A DNA stretch of 62,948 nucleotides, filler included, from Choristocarpus tenellus KU-1152 (GCA_964200185.2; 8 parts of 8 records of this genome joined end to end with filler, not necessarily neighbours in it); one strand, 5' to 3'. Positions 27,701 to 39,549 are shown, counted from the first letter of the whole stretch. Notes: generated from the sequence alone by a model not told the origin. A program made the numbers and translations.

Positions 27701-29389
27701 CTTTGGGTCTCAGATGTCATCAAGGCTGATTGTCTATACTCATAGGAACGGTGCAGGAGTTCTTTGTGGCAAAGCTAGTTCACTAGTTGGTCATGTGCTT
27801 TATCTCTCCTTCCTTCCCCCACTTTTTTCCTAACAAGTATGGTATACTGGAACCTCCATCAACAATTGCTACAGGATTATGACACTGCTTAGCACAAGTT
27901 GAAAGTATATATTGAAAGTCTCACCACCAGATTCTGGTTCCTCAAAGGTCGGGACATCCTCCCAATGGTTCATACCCTCTCGCAACCTCTTCAGCACAAT
28001 GTCCAGGCCCACTGTTATGTCAGCTGTTGTGCCAAAACCTTCAGACAGCTCCTCCTTATCTCCACACTCTGGTTTCTTTTCTGCTGATGATTGCTTGTTA
28101 CATTTTTGACCAACAATGCAAGCAGCATGAAGGGAAGAGATGAAATAACACATAAGCATCAGACACAACAAGTCAATGCACCAGGTTAAACATCCAAATC
28201 CAACATAATATCAGAGAATATTAGAAGGAACACATGTAGGCAAGTGGGGTCAATTCCGATGTCTTAAGATATCGGTATCTTTCATGGCGCATTTGAACAG
28301 GAAACATAAAAACTCACACACCTTGGCCTCTGTATCGAATCCTGATGTAGCACGCAACTCAGCAACCCCAGTGTACACTGAAGGGTCCAGTGCAAGGGAG
28401 TACCTCAGACAGTCATTATCCTCACTTGAGGGGGAAGCAGGCCTTCGTTGCTGCCTCTCAATAGATATAACGGGTGTATGTGGAGTGAGTTGAGCCTGGG
28501 GTATGCCAGAACGCTCTGCTGATAACCCCACCCAAGGACTTTGGCGAGGGACGGAAAATGGAGTACGAAATAGACCCTTGACGTTTTTTAAAGAAGTCCC
28601 CTTGCTTGACTCACTTGCTAAGATTCTCTTCATGTCATCAGACATGATTTCATCCACTGTACTGTGCCTTGAGAAGATGAGACGGAGGACAAAGTAGGTG
28701 GTTTAGGTCAGATAGGGACTGCCTGCATATTGCAACGAACTAGCTTCGCGAGAGAACGCGCGTTCAGTCCCGTCAGACTCGAGGGGAGTATCACTTTTAC
28801 TTCCTGCTTGCCAGTATTACCAGGAAGAACAGATCATTTAAGCTGTCGTTTGTATGGAAGACTTGAGGCCAAGTAGTTGGACCAAACTCCTCTTGAGATA
28901 CCCTTAGAAACAGGTGTCTACATCGCGCATCTCACCGTCTGGATTTCAGAGTAAAATTTCCTCTGATACCTTGCTGCTTCCCAGATGTGGAAAGCTCAAT
29001 GTCATTGGGATCCTTGCGGTTGTCAAGGTGATCCAAACCTTCCAAGGAATCCTTCGTCACGTCCAGGATATCTTGGGCATCCGTTGCATTATTCAGATCC
29101 CCCGACACTGCTGAAAGAGGACTTCTAATTGATCCTTGCCGCTCGCCCACCCACCACATCTCCTGCCAACAGTGAGAGAGTCGTTTGAAAAGGGGAACGC
29201 AAAAGCACGTTACCCATCTAGAGGGTAGTTTAATGTTAAATCGGTGTTGAGAACGCAAAACGAATGAGTCACTTAGATCCCTACCTTGAGCTCTCCCCTC
29301 AGTCGCTGCTTCTGGCGCTCTTCACGAGAAGAAGGTTTCTCCGCACGAAATCTCTTGAGCATTTCGCTGATGGAACCATCTCTAGTCAT
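24702..29389 (-). CDS. Large multi-exon hypothetical protein, coiled-coil and low-complexity, with a PROSER3-like N-terminal motif
   Basis: Series of long same-strand ORFs with splice-like boundaries (29389-29285, ~29165-28935, ~28670-28322, ~28110-27924, ~27690-27509, ~27310-26930, ~26790-26121, ~25830-24702). N-terminus reads MLKRFRAEKPSSREER...EMWW. Exon boundaries are approximate. Confidence 0.7.
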
Positions 29390-29571
29390 GAGGGGAAGTG
29401 GTTGTAAGGCGTTTCTCAAGTTGTCCCTACAATCGAGGTCAATTTCGATTTGGTTGTATACATATAGTGTTGGAGGGGGATATATTGGAGGTGGAGAATG
29501 ATACCTTTTTGTCATCAACATTCATTGGTCGACTCTAAGCACAAAAAAATATTGGTCGTTATTCAGTATTT

Positions 29572-29638
29572 TATTATTATGCCCTCTGACATTTTGCAGA
29601 TGTGTCAGGGGGGAAACCAATGAAAACTATTTATATAC
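29572..29638 (-). repeat. Terminal fragment of a dispersed repeat; second copy at 53283-53355
   Basis: Reverse complement matches 53283-53355 almost exactly (ATAGTTTTCATTGGTTT..CCCCTGACA.ATCTGCAAAATGTCAGAGGGCATAATAATAAAATA). Confidence 0.85.
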
Positions 29639-29674
29639 ACACACATATATATATATTATTATTATTATTATGCC

Positions 29675-29774
29675 NNNNNNNNNNNNNNNNNNNNNNNNNN
29701 NNNNNNNNNNNNNNNNNNTTAATTAATTAANNNNNNNNNNNNNNNNNNNNNNNNNNNNNNNNNNNNNNNNNNNN
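29675..29774. other. Artificial contig linker (N run with TTAATTAATTAA); first of seven
   Basis: 100-nt N block with a six-frame stop cassette, recurring at 36666, 39635, 44982, 50772, 56605 and 59770. Confidence 0.98.
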
Positions 29775-29948
29775 CCCCTCCCAGATACTTTGGTTCACAC
29801 CTCCCTGTAGGTAGGAGGGTAAACTTAATACAACGTATAGATTCTCAGACAGAGAGCTGAGGTTGCATATTCAACATGTCACAGACTGTGTGTTTGTTAC
29901 TTAAGAGTATTTCACTGAACGGCTACCCCATGTACTGTTCTCCTTCAG

Positions 29949-32900
29949 GGTAACCATGAGCGGTCTCACCCGTTGTACCAGCGGTCTCTTGCAATCAGGG
30001 AAAAGGTGCTTGGACCGGATCACCCACATCTGGCATTTTCTCTTGACAACTTGGCAGGGTTGTTGAAGGACCAGGTGAGAAAGTGAATATCCAGTGATGT
30101 TCTTGTGGCTGTGTGTTCCTTAGACCGAATCACGCTCACCTTTGATCAAAAGAGTGACTGCAACAACCAGATCAATGGAGGAGCACTAGAGAGTGTGACA
30201 ACTTTTCAGCGGCTCTTGTGGGGTAAGCTTTGAGCTGATCATGTGGGCATTTTCTCCAAGACCCAAGAAGGGTTTGTCCAGGATAATGACAGTGACTGTG
30301 AAGTTTGGCATCCGAATCAGGCTGCAGATACCATGTAGATCCAGACGCTGGACCAAACATTCAAGCAGTGAGACAAGTTAATTTGACCTAAAGTATCTGG
30401 GGGGGGAGGGGTCTACACCAGGGTGTCCATTTAGATCAAAATCAGGAAAAGTGCATTTACATTATCCATCCGACGTATGCAACCGAATCACCCAAAAATC
30501 GTGACATGGAAAAATTGACCTCAAATGGATGGACAGCCGCCACCCCCACCCCAGATACTTTGGGCCATTTTCCTTGGGGGCACCATCAGTGACAAAGCCG
30601 CTATGACTGCTGAGATCAGATAGAGGATCCAGATATTGTTCGTAAATACAAATACAGATATATACCAAATGACAAGAAACCAGGTGCATCTTTCGAGCTT
30701 AAGATTCGTATGCTCAAGACTGAAGTACTTGTAGTTCTGTCATAAAGCTGTGTGACAATTCCATTACCTGAATCTTTGCTCCCATCACCACAAATTCGTC
30801 CTCTGTTGTATTGGATTCCGTAAATGATACATACCGATCATCTGTCATACAAAGATGCTCGTGTGTGATCACTGGGTGTGAGAGTATCTAGGCAAATGCA
30901 TTCAAGTGGAGAATCCTATCTGCTGGGTCGGTTGAATACGTAGGGGATGAGCGAGTTTCTAAGGTGTTGATATTTGGGAAGCTTGCGACTGGAAAAAGAA
31001 AGCAAGTTAGACAGGAGAACAATTGGTCGACACGCTTCCTAGATGATCTTCAGAAGTTTGGGATTACGGTCGAGGATTGGAGTATTAGGGCCTCTAGCTA
31101 ACAGAAGAGATGTGTGTTGGCGACTTTTGTCACAACAAGCTTCATAGTTGGGTGGCATTTGAAGGAAGCTGTGATATTATATACTAGTATTCGCCATGCT
31201 GAAGTAGCTTCTAAGGTCGCCTAAGTCACCATCGCCACCATTACTTGCTGTTGAACGCTGCTTTCCCATTGACTTCCCTTACGGGGTTGATTCTGTTGAT
31301 TCTGCTTGCATCCGTTGTTTTTTTCTTCTCTTATCCTTTTGTTTTCATTTCTTTTTTATATATATTTTATATTTTCTTTAAAGGTGGTTTTGCTTCTCGT
31401 TTATAGTCGTTGTTGCCTTTCTCAAGTAGCGTGAGTTGCCTTCTTTGGACTGCCGATTCAAGCATGGATCTGGGATCCCTCCGACAGATGTGATGACCAT
31501 CTGAAAAATCTTATTGGAATAATTAAGGCTAGGTTGGGATGGAATTCCCATACGAGACATTCCTAGAGGTGTCTGTAGGTGATGATGTAACACCTCTCTC
31601 CGGAGGAATCATCGAATCGCACTAGGAGTGTGCACTCAGAAGAATCAGCAAAATCTAAGACAATTGTGTGTTGATTCTGTCCAGCTTATGGTGTATAACT
31701 GTGTAGGTATAGGAGGAACAACGTGTTTGCCACACTTAATTTCCACTCCAGAGTATCTCACTGACGGACAACCCTGTGCACCGTTCTCTTTCAGGGCAAC
31801 CATAGCCAAGCTGAACTGTTGTACCAGCGGTCTCTTGCAATCAGGGAAAAGGTGCTTGGACCAGATCACCCACATGTGGCGTTTTCTCTTGACAACTTGG
31901 CAAGGTCGTTGAAGGACCAGGTGAGAAAGTGAGCATCCAGTGATGTTCTTGTGACTGGGTTGATGAGACTCAGTCAAGCTTCGATTTTGTATACGTCCTA
32001 TATCACATAGGATGTACGGGAGTTTTGTATAGGGTGTATAGTGTAGGTTGAAAATTGTATGTAAGATGCATGTAGATGCCATCCCAATGTGATGAGAGTC
32101 CTTACCGTTTGGATATATTTCGAAGGCGTTCTAGGAGTGTGCACACAGAAGAGGCACAATCTAATAAATCATGCACGGGCAGTGTCTAGTTTATGTTGTG
32201 ATTTGTACAAAAAATACAAGTAGGTAGTAGCAAGTTCGCCTTGAAGTAGATTTCACAGAGGATACCTTAGCTACAGTATTCACTCTTGTAACATTTATGA
32301 AGTCAACAATAGTTAGATTTGTAGCTTTATACTAGGGGGTCAGGGTTAGCCAGGTTTAAGAATGGCATTATCATGTGCTCTATGTGGAAGTAGGGTACAT
32401 GTGAACGCCGATCAAGGTGTTGGAAACTCCTCTGTTTTAGGCGGTTTTCTTGTTCCGTGATAGTGTGTGTGCGTGATGGTTTGGAACTGATACCCTCTGG
32501 CTGATGTGTGAGCTGTATGTACACCTATGCATAGGTCGGAGGGTAAGCCTGATACGATGTACAGACACACAGGTAAAGAGGCAAGCTTGTGCATTTAGCA
32601 CATCAAAGTAGACGCTGATAGACATTGCACTGACGGACCCTTTTCTCCTCCAGGGCAACTATGAGCGGGCTGAGCCTTTGTACCAGCGGTCTCTTGCAAT
32701 CAGGGAAAAGGTGCTTGGGCCAGAGCACCTAGGTGTGGCTTCTTCTCTGAACAACTGCGCGGGTTTGATGCAGATCCAGGCGAGAAAACAAAGTCAAAGA
32801 ATGTCTTTGTGGCTGTGTTGAGACTCAACTGACCTTAGATTTTTTGAAAGTCCTGTTCTGCATAGGGTGTAAGGAGGGTTGTGTAGAATAGGGTGGAACT

Positions 32901-34820
32901 TGTATCTAGGATAGATGTAGGCGTTTCTTATGACGATGAGAGCTCTTATCACTTCAGGTATCATTGAGGTGTGCTCAGAAGAAGAGGCAAAGTATAAATT
33001 ATTATATCCTAAAGCTGTCTGCTTTATGGTGCGATTGTTGTGCATATGTACAAGTGGGTAGGAGAAAATATGGAATTGGCATACATAGTATTCACTCTCA
33101 CAGTTAACATGTATGCCAACAACAGTTTGCGCTAAGAGGTTTGATTTGGAGCTATGTATGTGGGGTGTAGGAGTGCTAGTGCAAGGATGGGATTATCATG
33201 TGCTGCACTTGAAAGGAGGATACATGTACATCCACACCAAGGTGTCGGAAGATCTCTTTTCGAGGTAGTTTTCTTGTTCCATAGTATTGAGAGTGTAGGA
33301 AGATGTATACATGCTTGATGATCTGATGCTGATGCCTCTGGCTGATGTGTGAGCTGTATGTACACCTCCCTGTAGGTAGGGAGGTAAACCTGATATGGTA
33401 TACAGATGTATAGACAGAGAGGTGAGGTTGCATATTCAACATGTTAGACTATGCGTTGTTTGTTACACAGAGTATTTCACTGACAGACTACCCCGAGCTC
33501 TTTTCCCCTCCAGGGCAACTATGAGCGGTCTGATCCGTTGTACCAGCGATCTCTTGCGATCAGGGAAAAGGTGCTTGGACCAGATCACCCACATGTGGCA
33601 TTTTGTCTCGACAACTTGGCAAGCTCGTTGAAGGCTCAGGTGAGGAAGCGAATATCCAGTGATGTTCTTGTGACTGGTTGACGAGAATCGGTCAATGTTG
33701 GATGAGAAATTCTCGTTTGTATGTAGGGAGGTTTGTGTAGGGTATGTTGAAATCTGCATGTCGGATCCTATAAATGCCTTTCAAGGTGATGAAACCTGTT
33801 GTTTTTCAGGCATCATGGAGGCGTGCTAGAAGTGTGCATGCAGAAGAGTCGATCTGATCTGATGTATCATGTGCTGACGCTCTGTGGCTAATGGCTAGAT
33901 CGGCACATGCATCGTGGTCAAGATAGGAATATATATAGATTTGTTGAAGAAAAAATGTAGGTGAAAGGTGAACTTGCTTAGTTAATACGTAACAAATATG
34001 TAACTGCATGCTTTAAGGTGTTTAATACGTAGCTATGTGGGGTGTAGGAGTATCTTTGTGGGGATTTCCTATGTCGGAAATTTCATGTAATGGGAAAGTG
34101 GGATGCATGTCATGTTCCTGCTGAGGTTGGAAATTCCTCTTTTTTTTTTTGTGCGTACTAGTACTGTGCATGCAGGAGAATACGTGTGTCTAGATGGTGT
34201 GGTTCTGATGCTCTCGGTAGTGCAGGTCATATGCATTCCTACACGGCATTGCCTGATGCAATATAGGTTTGTGTAGGTAGGGAGGTGAAGTTGGGCGTTT
34301 GTTTTGTTGCCGTGTCCATTATTGGGGTCTCCACTGACATATCCGTTAGTCTCCATAATGTATACTCCGGAGTAGATGAGTTCCCTGTGATAGCACTGTG
34401 GTGAGCAGTATCCGTAGCATTCACCAGGATGAAAGGAGTGGGTGTGAAATGTCATGATCACTTGGCACAAATTAGAAGAGTGGGCTTTATGAAGAAATAA
34501 CCTAGCTTGACTTTCATGCTAGTACTATGTACTGAAATGAAATTGCTTGGCGTTTTATTGTATATGGTGATATTCTACCTAATGGTGCTCATGCAAACAA
34601 AGATTCATCACATAGGCAGCAGATGAAAGTTTGTAATCCCTCCCGCTTTTAGAGACCCATTGCTCTATCCTCAGTATCCCAATATCAATTTTCACAGGGC
34701 AAATCATACGAGGCTGTCCCTCTCTTCCAGCGTGTTCTGAGGATTGTCAACAGAGCTCTCGGTCCTGAACATCCACACGCAAAGCTCGTTCAAGATGAAC
34801 TGGACAATCTATTCCTGTAG
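29949..34820 (+). CDS. 3' part of a TPR-repeat protein (42-aa kinesin-light-chain-type repeats, probably NB-ARC-TPR family); exons 29949-30074, 31795-31920, 32654-32779, 33514-33639, 34698-34820
   Basis: Four 126-nt phase-0 exons each encode GNxxxxxxLYQRSLAIREKVLGPxHxxxAxxLxNxAxxxxxQ. Terminal exon is GKSYEAVPLFQRVLRIVNRALGPEHPHAKLVQDELDNLFL*. The N-terminal domain lies beyond the contig edge. Confidence 0.92.
30385..30566. mobile_element. MITE family A, complete 182-bp copy
   Basis: TIRs GACCTAAAGTATCTGGGG / CCCCAGATACTTTGGGCC; ATTT on both flanks (TSD); internal inverted GTCCATTT/AAATGGA motifs. Confidence 0.9.
30690..31180 (+). mobile_element. 5'-truncated, decayed non-LTR retrotransposon (RTE-like LINE C-terminus) inside a TPR-gene intron
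   Basis: Broken frame LKIRMLKTEVL...HHKFVLCCIGFR...DHLSYKDA...TGCESI...RILSAGSV...DERVSKVLIFGKL...W...DDLQKFGI matches the post-RT region of RTE-clade LINEs. Confidence 0.75.
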
Positions 34821-36512
34821 GAATTGGCAAGATCTTCTAAATGTGGAACAACTCAATGGAACTTTGTCCAGAGCTGCAATGTATTTTCCATAGTGTGTGG
34901 TGGGGTTTCTCTCAGATATGATATGAAGCATAGTAAGAGATACAACCACACAGAAGAGAGAGCATGCAAGGGGGTCAGACTTGCAGTAGACTCAAATATG
35001 ATATATATTTTTGTTTAGTATGTATGGACTTCCAAATTGACCTTCGGAGGCAATTAATATTACTCAGTTAATTCACACTTCGTCTGGGAACAAAGTCCCC
35101 CTTTAGAATGCCAAGACTACCAACTTTTGAAGGGTGTACAGAGTCAAAAAAACGAGAGGCATCCAGAGTTACATTATAGGGATGCTGACCAATATGTGCA
35201 AAATTCGGCTTTTCTAGCAAATGTGTATAGGACATTTTATTAATTGCGTAAGAAAAGTTCAAACGATAGAGAAAAAAACGCTCTCAAGTCAAATGTAGAG
35301 ACGTCATCCATAGAAATATGTGTGAATTGCAAAATAGTTCAAAACGGACTTAAAATGCAGAACGGCTAAGGTCCGGGTATGTCTCAATTACTTTGACTGT
35401 CACCCAAACTTCATTATTTTTTTATTTCACTTGAAACGTGCACGAACCTTCAAATTTGGAGTGGTTTGAAAATCGCCCACTCACTTTTATCTGAAAAATC
35501 ACTCCTAATCTCGCCCCAAACCCAACCAGTATCGTCGCACATTTTTTAGAACATTTTTGGCCTCATGGATGTCTACAATTTGCTCTTATCCGTATCTGAA
35601 GGTGGCAGTCTCAAACCAAGTATTTTTCAAGCCCGAGATTTTGACATGATTGATGGGCAGCCCGGTTATTTCGTTTTGAGAATAGTTCATACTATCAACG
35701 CCAACTTGGGATAGGGTCAATACATTGTTAAGGGTCAATATTCCTGCGTATAGTCTGCATATATAGACTAACATAATGCAGACGCTTCATATGTCAAGCA
35801 GTTCTTTGGTTGGCGGGGAAAATGGTTGCAATAGGTTTCCTGCTCAATAATGCGTTGAAGATCTTGTTGCTTGGTGGATAGCAGTGATTGGAGCGTCCTA
35901 CTTGGTTCATTTTCTACAAGGAATTTGATGATCACCACTGTGCACACCCAATTATACGTATATATGCATCCTTGTTAGATACAGTGTTATGGAAATATCT
36001 CTGGAAAAAGATGAGACCGCCAAGGTCAACTTTAGAGGGGATAATGTCCGTTTGGTATTTTGATGATAATAGTAGATCATTTTGGAAAAGAAAAGGATTG
36101 CGTTGCTGATGAAGTCAAAAGAAACATCCTCTTGCTTGACCCTTGCAGGTAACATAGCCTTGTGTATAGTCATCTGATCTTGTGACTATTAGGTGGGATA
36201 CAGGCGGTGTAGGACACCATTCACTGGAATTATATTTCGCCAGCATACACTGCATTGGTCAATATTGGTATGTGAGCAGCAATTTCAATATTTCATTTCT
36301 CTGTAGTGCTATTACTGTGAATCTAATGACAAGGTTGAAATCTGTGGAAGCTTTTGGAGGTTCGAAGTGGATTGGACACCATAGAAGTAACAAGCAACAG
36401 AGATAGGGGGCAAAACCTGTCTCTCCCTTCCAAATGTAATAGTTCCACACATTATTCCATTGTAGAAGTGGGTATGCTTTTGGAAGAGGTGGTCTGTGTA
36501 ACATCAGGAAAT

Positions 36513-36665
36513 GGCTAGAAGTATCTTTGGGGGGGGGAGTCTACGCCATGGTGTCCATTTGGGCCCTGACCAGAAAAAATGCACTTATATTATCCATCCG
36601 GCGCATGCAACCAAATCACTCAAAAATCCCGACATGGAAAAAAGGGCCCCACATGGACAGCCCCC
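36513..36665. mobile_element. MITE family A, copy truncated by contig end
   Basis: AAGTATCT+G run, GTCTAC..GGTGTCCATTTGG...TGGACAGCCCC; homologous to 30385-30566. Confidence 0.85.
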
Positions 36666-36796
36666 NNNNNNNNNNNNNNNNNNNNNNNNNNNNNNNNNNN
36701 NNNNNNNNNTTAATTAATTAANNNNNNNNNNNNNNNNNNNNNNNNNNNNNNNNNNNNNNNNNNNNCCCCCCCCCCCCCTCCCAGATACTTTGGGTC

Positions 36797-39549
36797 ATGG
36801 AGGTCCTACTGCCTCTCTCCAAACTGGCGAGAATACTCCGTATTCACCTCAACACTTGGGATTCTTTGTAGCTTCCTACGTTCGCCTGGATTATCTTTTT
36901 TTGTCCAGTTGGGTTTGCGGTCTTCATCTTGTCATCTACGGGATTTCCTTCTTCTTGGCCTCATCGTCTTCATGGGTGTGATGGCTTCTGTGACTCCGAG
37001 GGAATTGTCCTTCTATAGCCGTAAAACGAGTGGCCTCTGATGTCGACATCATTCACTATAGTAATAAAATGAGTGGTCTTTGACCGCCATGGTCGAGACG
37101 TTGCCTAAGTAGTTAATTGTTCTGCATTCCTTTACTCACACATCCCTGTTCTCTTTTGGTTACCACCTTGCCCTTTATCTCCCAGGTTCGCAGACATGTC
37201 TGGCTCAAAGTATTCGCAAGAAGTTGAGGTCGCCTCCGACCTACAGATTCTCTACGGAATCGATGATTCCGAGAGATTGCAGCCCAGTACCACACCTCAA
37301 GGCAATTTTGGTAGCAGCCGTGTCCATCTTGCTGAACGTCAAGTTAGGCGCAGAGAGCACATTCGTTGTTGGTCTTCCACTCGTGACAGATCTCGCTCTG
37401 GTCGAGATCCCGGGGCAGGTGCTCCCATCAAAACGGACGGAGGATCAGGGAAGAACCCAGAGGCTGCACCTGTTCACCTCGACGTCACCGTCGGACCAGT
37501 GGTTATTATTCTTCACACAGGTCTGTATCACCCAGACCATCTCGGAGGAATACCCCGAGTACGGTACGTCGGTCCAGAGAGGTCAAGGCGCAGTTGTGAA
37601 GAGAAATTCATTAATTGCGTACACGAGCTGAGTTGAATGAGTTGTGCAAGACAGAGCCTCTCGCTACCTCAACATGCGTTATCACCAAGATTGTGTCAAA
37701 ACCATGGAACGCATTCATTAGAAACTCGGAGACCCTGCCAATGGCCTCGTCTTTCTTGGATTACCTGCAGATAACTCCGCCCCAACCATGTCAAACAACC
37801 CCGTTTTCTTCGCTGATGCTCTTACCAAGGCTTTAGCGAGGGTTCAAGGAGGATCGTGGGCCTTACCTAAAGACCATGCCCACTATCGTAATACATCACG
37901 TCCACATAGTGATGCCCTTATCCCTTTCTGCATCAAGCTTCTTGAGCAACCACTGTCTGACTCTCTTAGGACCCAGTGTCATCTCCTAAGCGACTCATCT
38001 ACAGTGGAAGTCCCGAGCGTCACTGGACAACTCCTTCGGGTTCCTCGGGAAGACGTGACAGCTACTGAGTGGGTTCGTATCCTGGTGAGAGAATGTACGC
38101 TTTCTTATAACCAGTCGAAAAACGCCGGAAAGAATGCAATGAGTTCTTTAAGGACCGAGAGAGGGGAATCGTGGAAAGCTGCAGCCAACCGTCTTGTCTT
38201 ATACTATCGAGTGTACACTGTAGATTCGTGGATGCCTCATGTTTGCGAGACAACTTTCTTTTGGAGGTATATAGCTGAAGACCAACTCTTTGATCTATGC
38301 GAATGAGCTCTTCCTATTCTTCTTCCCAATGCTCTAAATCAGATTGGATTACAGTCGATGGTATTTTCATTTCGAAAGGAGATTCGGATTCAAATTCGCC
38401 CACTGGCAATTTCCCAGAATAATCCTTTAGGAGATGAAATGGCACAGCGGGGAGTTAAAGCAGAACGGATCTTTGACGGTCTAATCGAAGAATTGTCCAA
38501 TCGTAGCGACCAGTACGTATTTGTCCCAACCAATGAGTGAACATATCTCAGAGGGTAAGAGTTTTGCCTTGTTTGTCCATTTGGGACTTGGCTTCCCAAA
38601 GGTTCTTTTATGACATTTTCCTACTCCAAAATGCTTAGGAGTAGGTAAAGTGTATATATTTTGACATGGAATGCCCGGAACATGGATAATTGACACTTCC
38701 AAACAAACAAGGTAGGCAAAATTACATCAAAATCGCAACATTGGGTTTGGTCCCCAAATGGACGCGGCTCTTCCCTCTAAGATACTTTGCCTCAATCAAA
38801 ATGATACAAAATCTGTGTCGTGCAAAGATAAAGACACCTACTGCTTTAGGTAGCATGACTGATGCTCGTGCTATGTTTGCAAACATGTCCGACCCTTTGT
38901 CTGCCCCAGTTGAAACCCCGATCAGCAGACATGAACTACGACTGCCCCAACATTGCAGGACATCCTTTCCACGAGAGGTGCTAAGCCAGAATCCACCACC
39001 GCACCAAGAGGTGGTCAACAGGGTGCTGTCGGCCCTCGCACCAATGCTCCAACCTGTTTTCTCCCAAACCCCCCTGCCCACTGTCTGTGCTGCATCGACA
39101 AACCAACCTGCTTCTGCTCCTGGGAAACATGGGACCGCGTTCGTTTCTAAGAGCAATGCATCTGCACCCGTCCGACCAGCAACCCCCACCACCCAGTCTG
39201 TGCCCCGATCCAAGTCTCCTTTAGCCACAGACAGAGCAAGTGATGCAAGTCGACACCCTTCGGGTAAGGATTTACCTTCACCATCTTCTTCCCAAGATGA
39301 GGTTGTTGAGTGGCTCAAGGCACATTGAGTTTGCTTCCACCACGGTTTCGGTCTCGACTGCTTCAAGTCTATCGGCTGCAGGTGCAGGTATACCCACGAC
39401 GACTCCATAATACCTAAGGGTTACTTCGCATATCTTTCCCAAGACAAGCAAAGTACTACCCCAGCTAATGAGTCGCGTACGATGGTAGCCTTGACAGACT
39501 CCCATTTGCATTACCTTGCGGCGATGCAGGACTTTGAGTTTCCGCCACT
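36797..39549 (+). mobile_element. Decayed Ty3/gypsy-like retrotransposon copy 1 (leader plus gag-like ORF from ATG 37196), interrupted by a MITE and truncated
   Basis: Colinear and highly similar to 45609-47940; contains stops and frameshifts; CCCH finger at 39332-39397. Confidence 0.85.
38535..38793. mobile_element. MITE family B (259 bp) inserted in gag of gypsy copy 1
   Basis: Termini GAGTGAACATATCTCAGAGGG / CCCTCTAAGATACTTTGCCTC. The empty site is visible in copy 2 at ~47355-47367 (ccaaccaatcaaaa); AAT is duplicated. Confidence 0.93.

Noticed and set aside
29675-29774. TTAATTAATTAA palindrome recurring seven times
   Set aside because: Embedded in fixed-length N runs; an artificial concatenation linker.
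31645-33759. Similar antisense or off-frame ORFs (e.g. HMWVIWSKHLFPD, SGKRCLDQITHMW)
   Set aside because: Shadows of the repeated TPR exons read in other frames.
35060-36510. Possible DNA transposon end plus transposase remnant
   Set aside because: No matching TIR or recognisable protein motif found by eye.
36513-36796. Apparent single MITE spanning the linker and joining contigs 2 and 3
   Set aside because: Flanks show no matching TSD, and the right flank is gypsy sequence whose upstream part is absent on the left.
36797-37040. Hydrophobic upstream ORF shared by both gypsy copies (possible extra or env-like gene)
   Set aside because: Both copies share an internal TAG and have frame-breaking indels; coding cannot be supported.
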